In this document: positions 63,622 through 64,000 of the stretch, in pieces | Numbering within the stretch: the stretch's first letter is position 1 | How the letters are laid out: each line of letters begins with the position of its first letter | DNA from: a virus | Lineage: Duplodnaviria; Heunggongvirae; Uroviricota; Caudoviricetes | Strand: one strand, 5' to 3' | DNA: 64,000 nt | Virus record (IMG/VR): IMGVR_UViG_3300021387_000529 | Span: 90,811 to 154,810 of that record | Position numbers and translations under genes: made by a program | The notes under the pieces: generated by a model | Database searches by the model: none | What the model saw: only the letters and a program-made list of their open reading frames with translations | Told to the model about the DNA's origin: nothing

Positions 63622-64000
63622 ATGAAAATAAAAGAAATCTTAAAACAGAACGTTTTATACCCAATTGAAGAGGCTGGTTTCAAAGCTTACTTCGTTGGTG
63701 GATGCGTTCGTGATGCTATCATCGGAATTGAGCCTCACGACTATGATATTTGCACAGATGCAACTCCAGAAGACTTGCACAAAATCTTCAAGAAATTCAG
63801 CAATGTTTCTGACAACAGCGAGCCGTTCGGTGTCACAATGCCATTGGTTGAAATGAACAATGGCCATCTTGAAGAAGTTGAGATTGCAACTCTGCGAAAA
63901 GACATCACTAAAGGCCGCCACCCAAAAATTGAGTTTACAAAGAGCGTTGCAGAAGATGCTTCACGTCGTGACTTCACAATAAATGCAATTTTTGAAGATG
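63622..64000 (+). CDS. cca: CCA-adding tRNA nucleotidyltransferase / poly(A) polymerase family, 3' truncated
   Basis: AYFVGGCVRDA, HDYDICTDATP, EIATLRKD, EDASRRDFTINAI; not in the ORF track because it runs off the window. Confidence 0.92.
   Translation, partial: MKIKEILKQNVLYPIEEAGFKAYFVGGCVRDAIIGIEPHDYDICTDATPEDLHKIFKKFSNVSDNSEPFGVTMPLVEMNNGHLEEVEIATLRKDITKGRHPKIEFTKSVAEDASRRDFTINAIFED

Noticed and set aside
1-64000. Genome-wide stop-codon reassignment
   Set aside because: Genes are intact under code 11, and TAA, TGA and TAG all end genes; only one internal TGA was seen

Overview
This is an AT-rich, gene-dense segment of a large (jumbo-type) tailed phage genome, with mostly short hypothetical ORFs on the + strand. 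The host is probably a Treponema-like spirochete, because the phage carries a spirochete-type FlaB flagellin with its own sigma28 promoter. Recognisable genes include an rIIA-like GHKL ATPase, an ADP-ribosylglycohydrolase, the C-terminal half of an NAD-dependent ligase, ClpP, three radical SAM paralogs, an SLT transglycosylase, an AAA ATPase, HNH and GIY-YIG endonucleases, a metallophosphoesterase with an internal TGA, LemA, a CYTH protein, a methyltransferase, a lipase, a primase, a MazG-like protein and a CCA-adding enzyme. The main feature is a ~13 kb RNA island (45.9-59.3 kb). It holds tmRNA, 20 tRNAs lacking an encoded CCA, a Ro60/TROVE gene and several large structured ncRNA candidates. 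It also holds six RNAs that share one covarying two-stem 'handle' (WGCRG...GTTMCTTC...TWTTC) around different tRNA-like cargoes. One cargo is YrlA-like and permuted, and one copy sequesters the Ro60 Shine-Dalgarno sequence. A leader-peptide attenuator sits in front of the array. All calls come from reading the sequence by eye; no database search or folding program was run.
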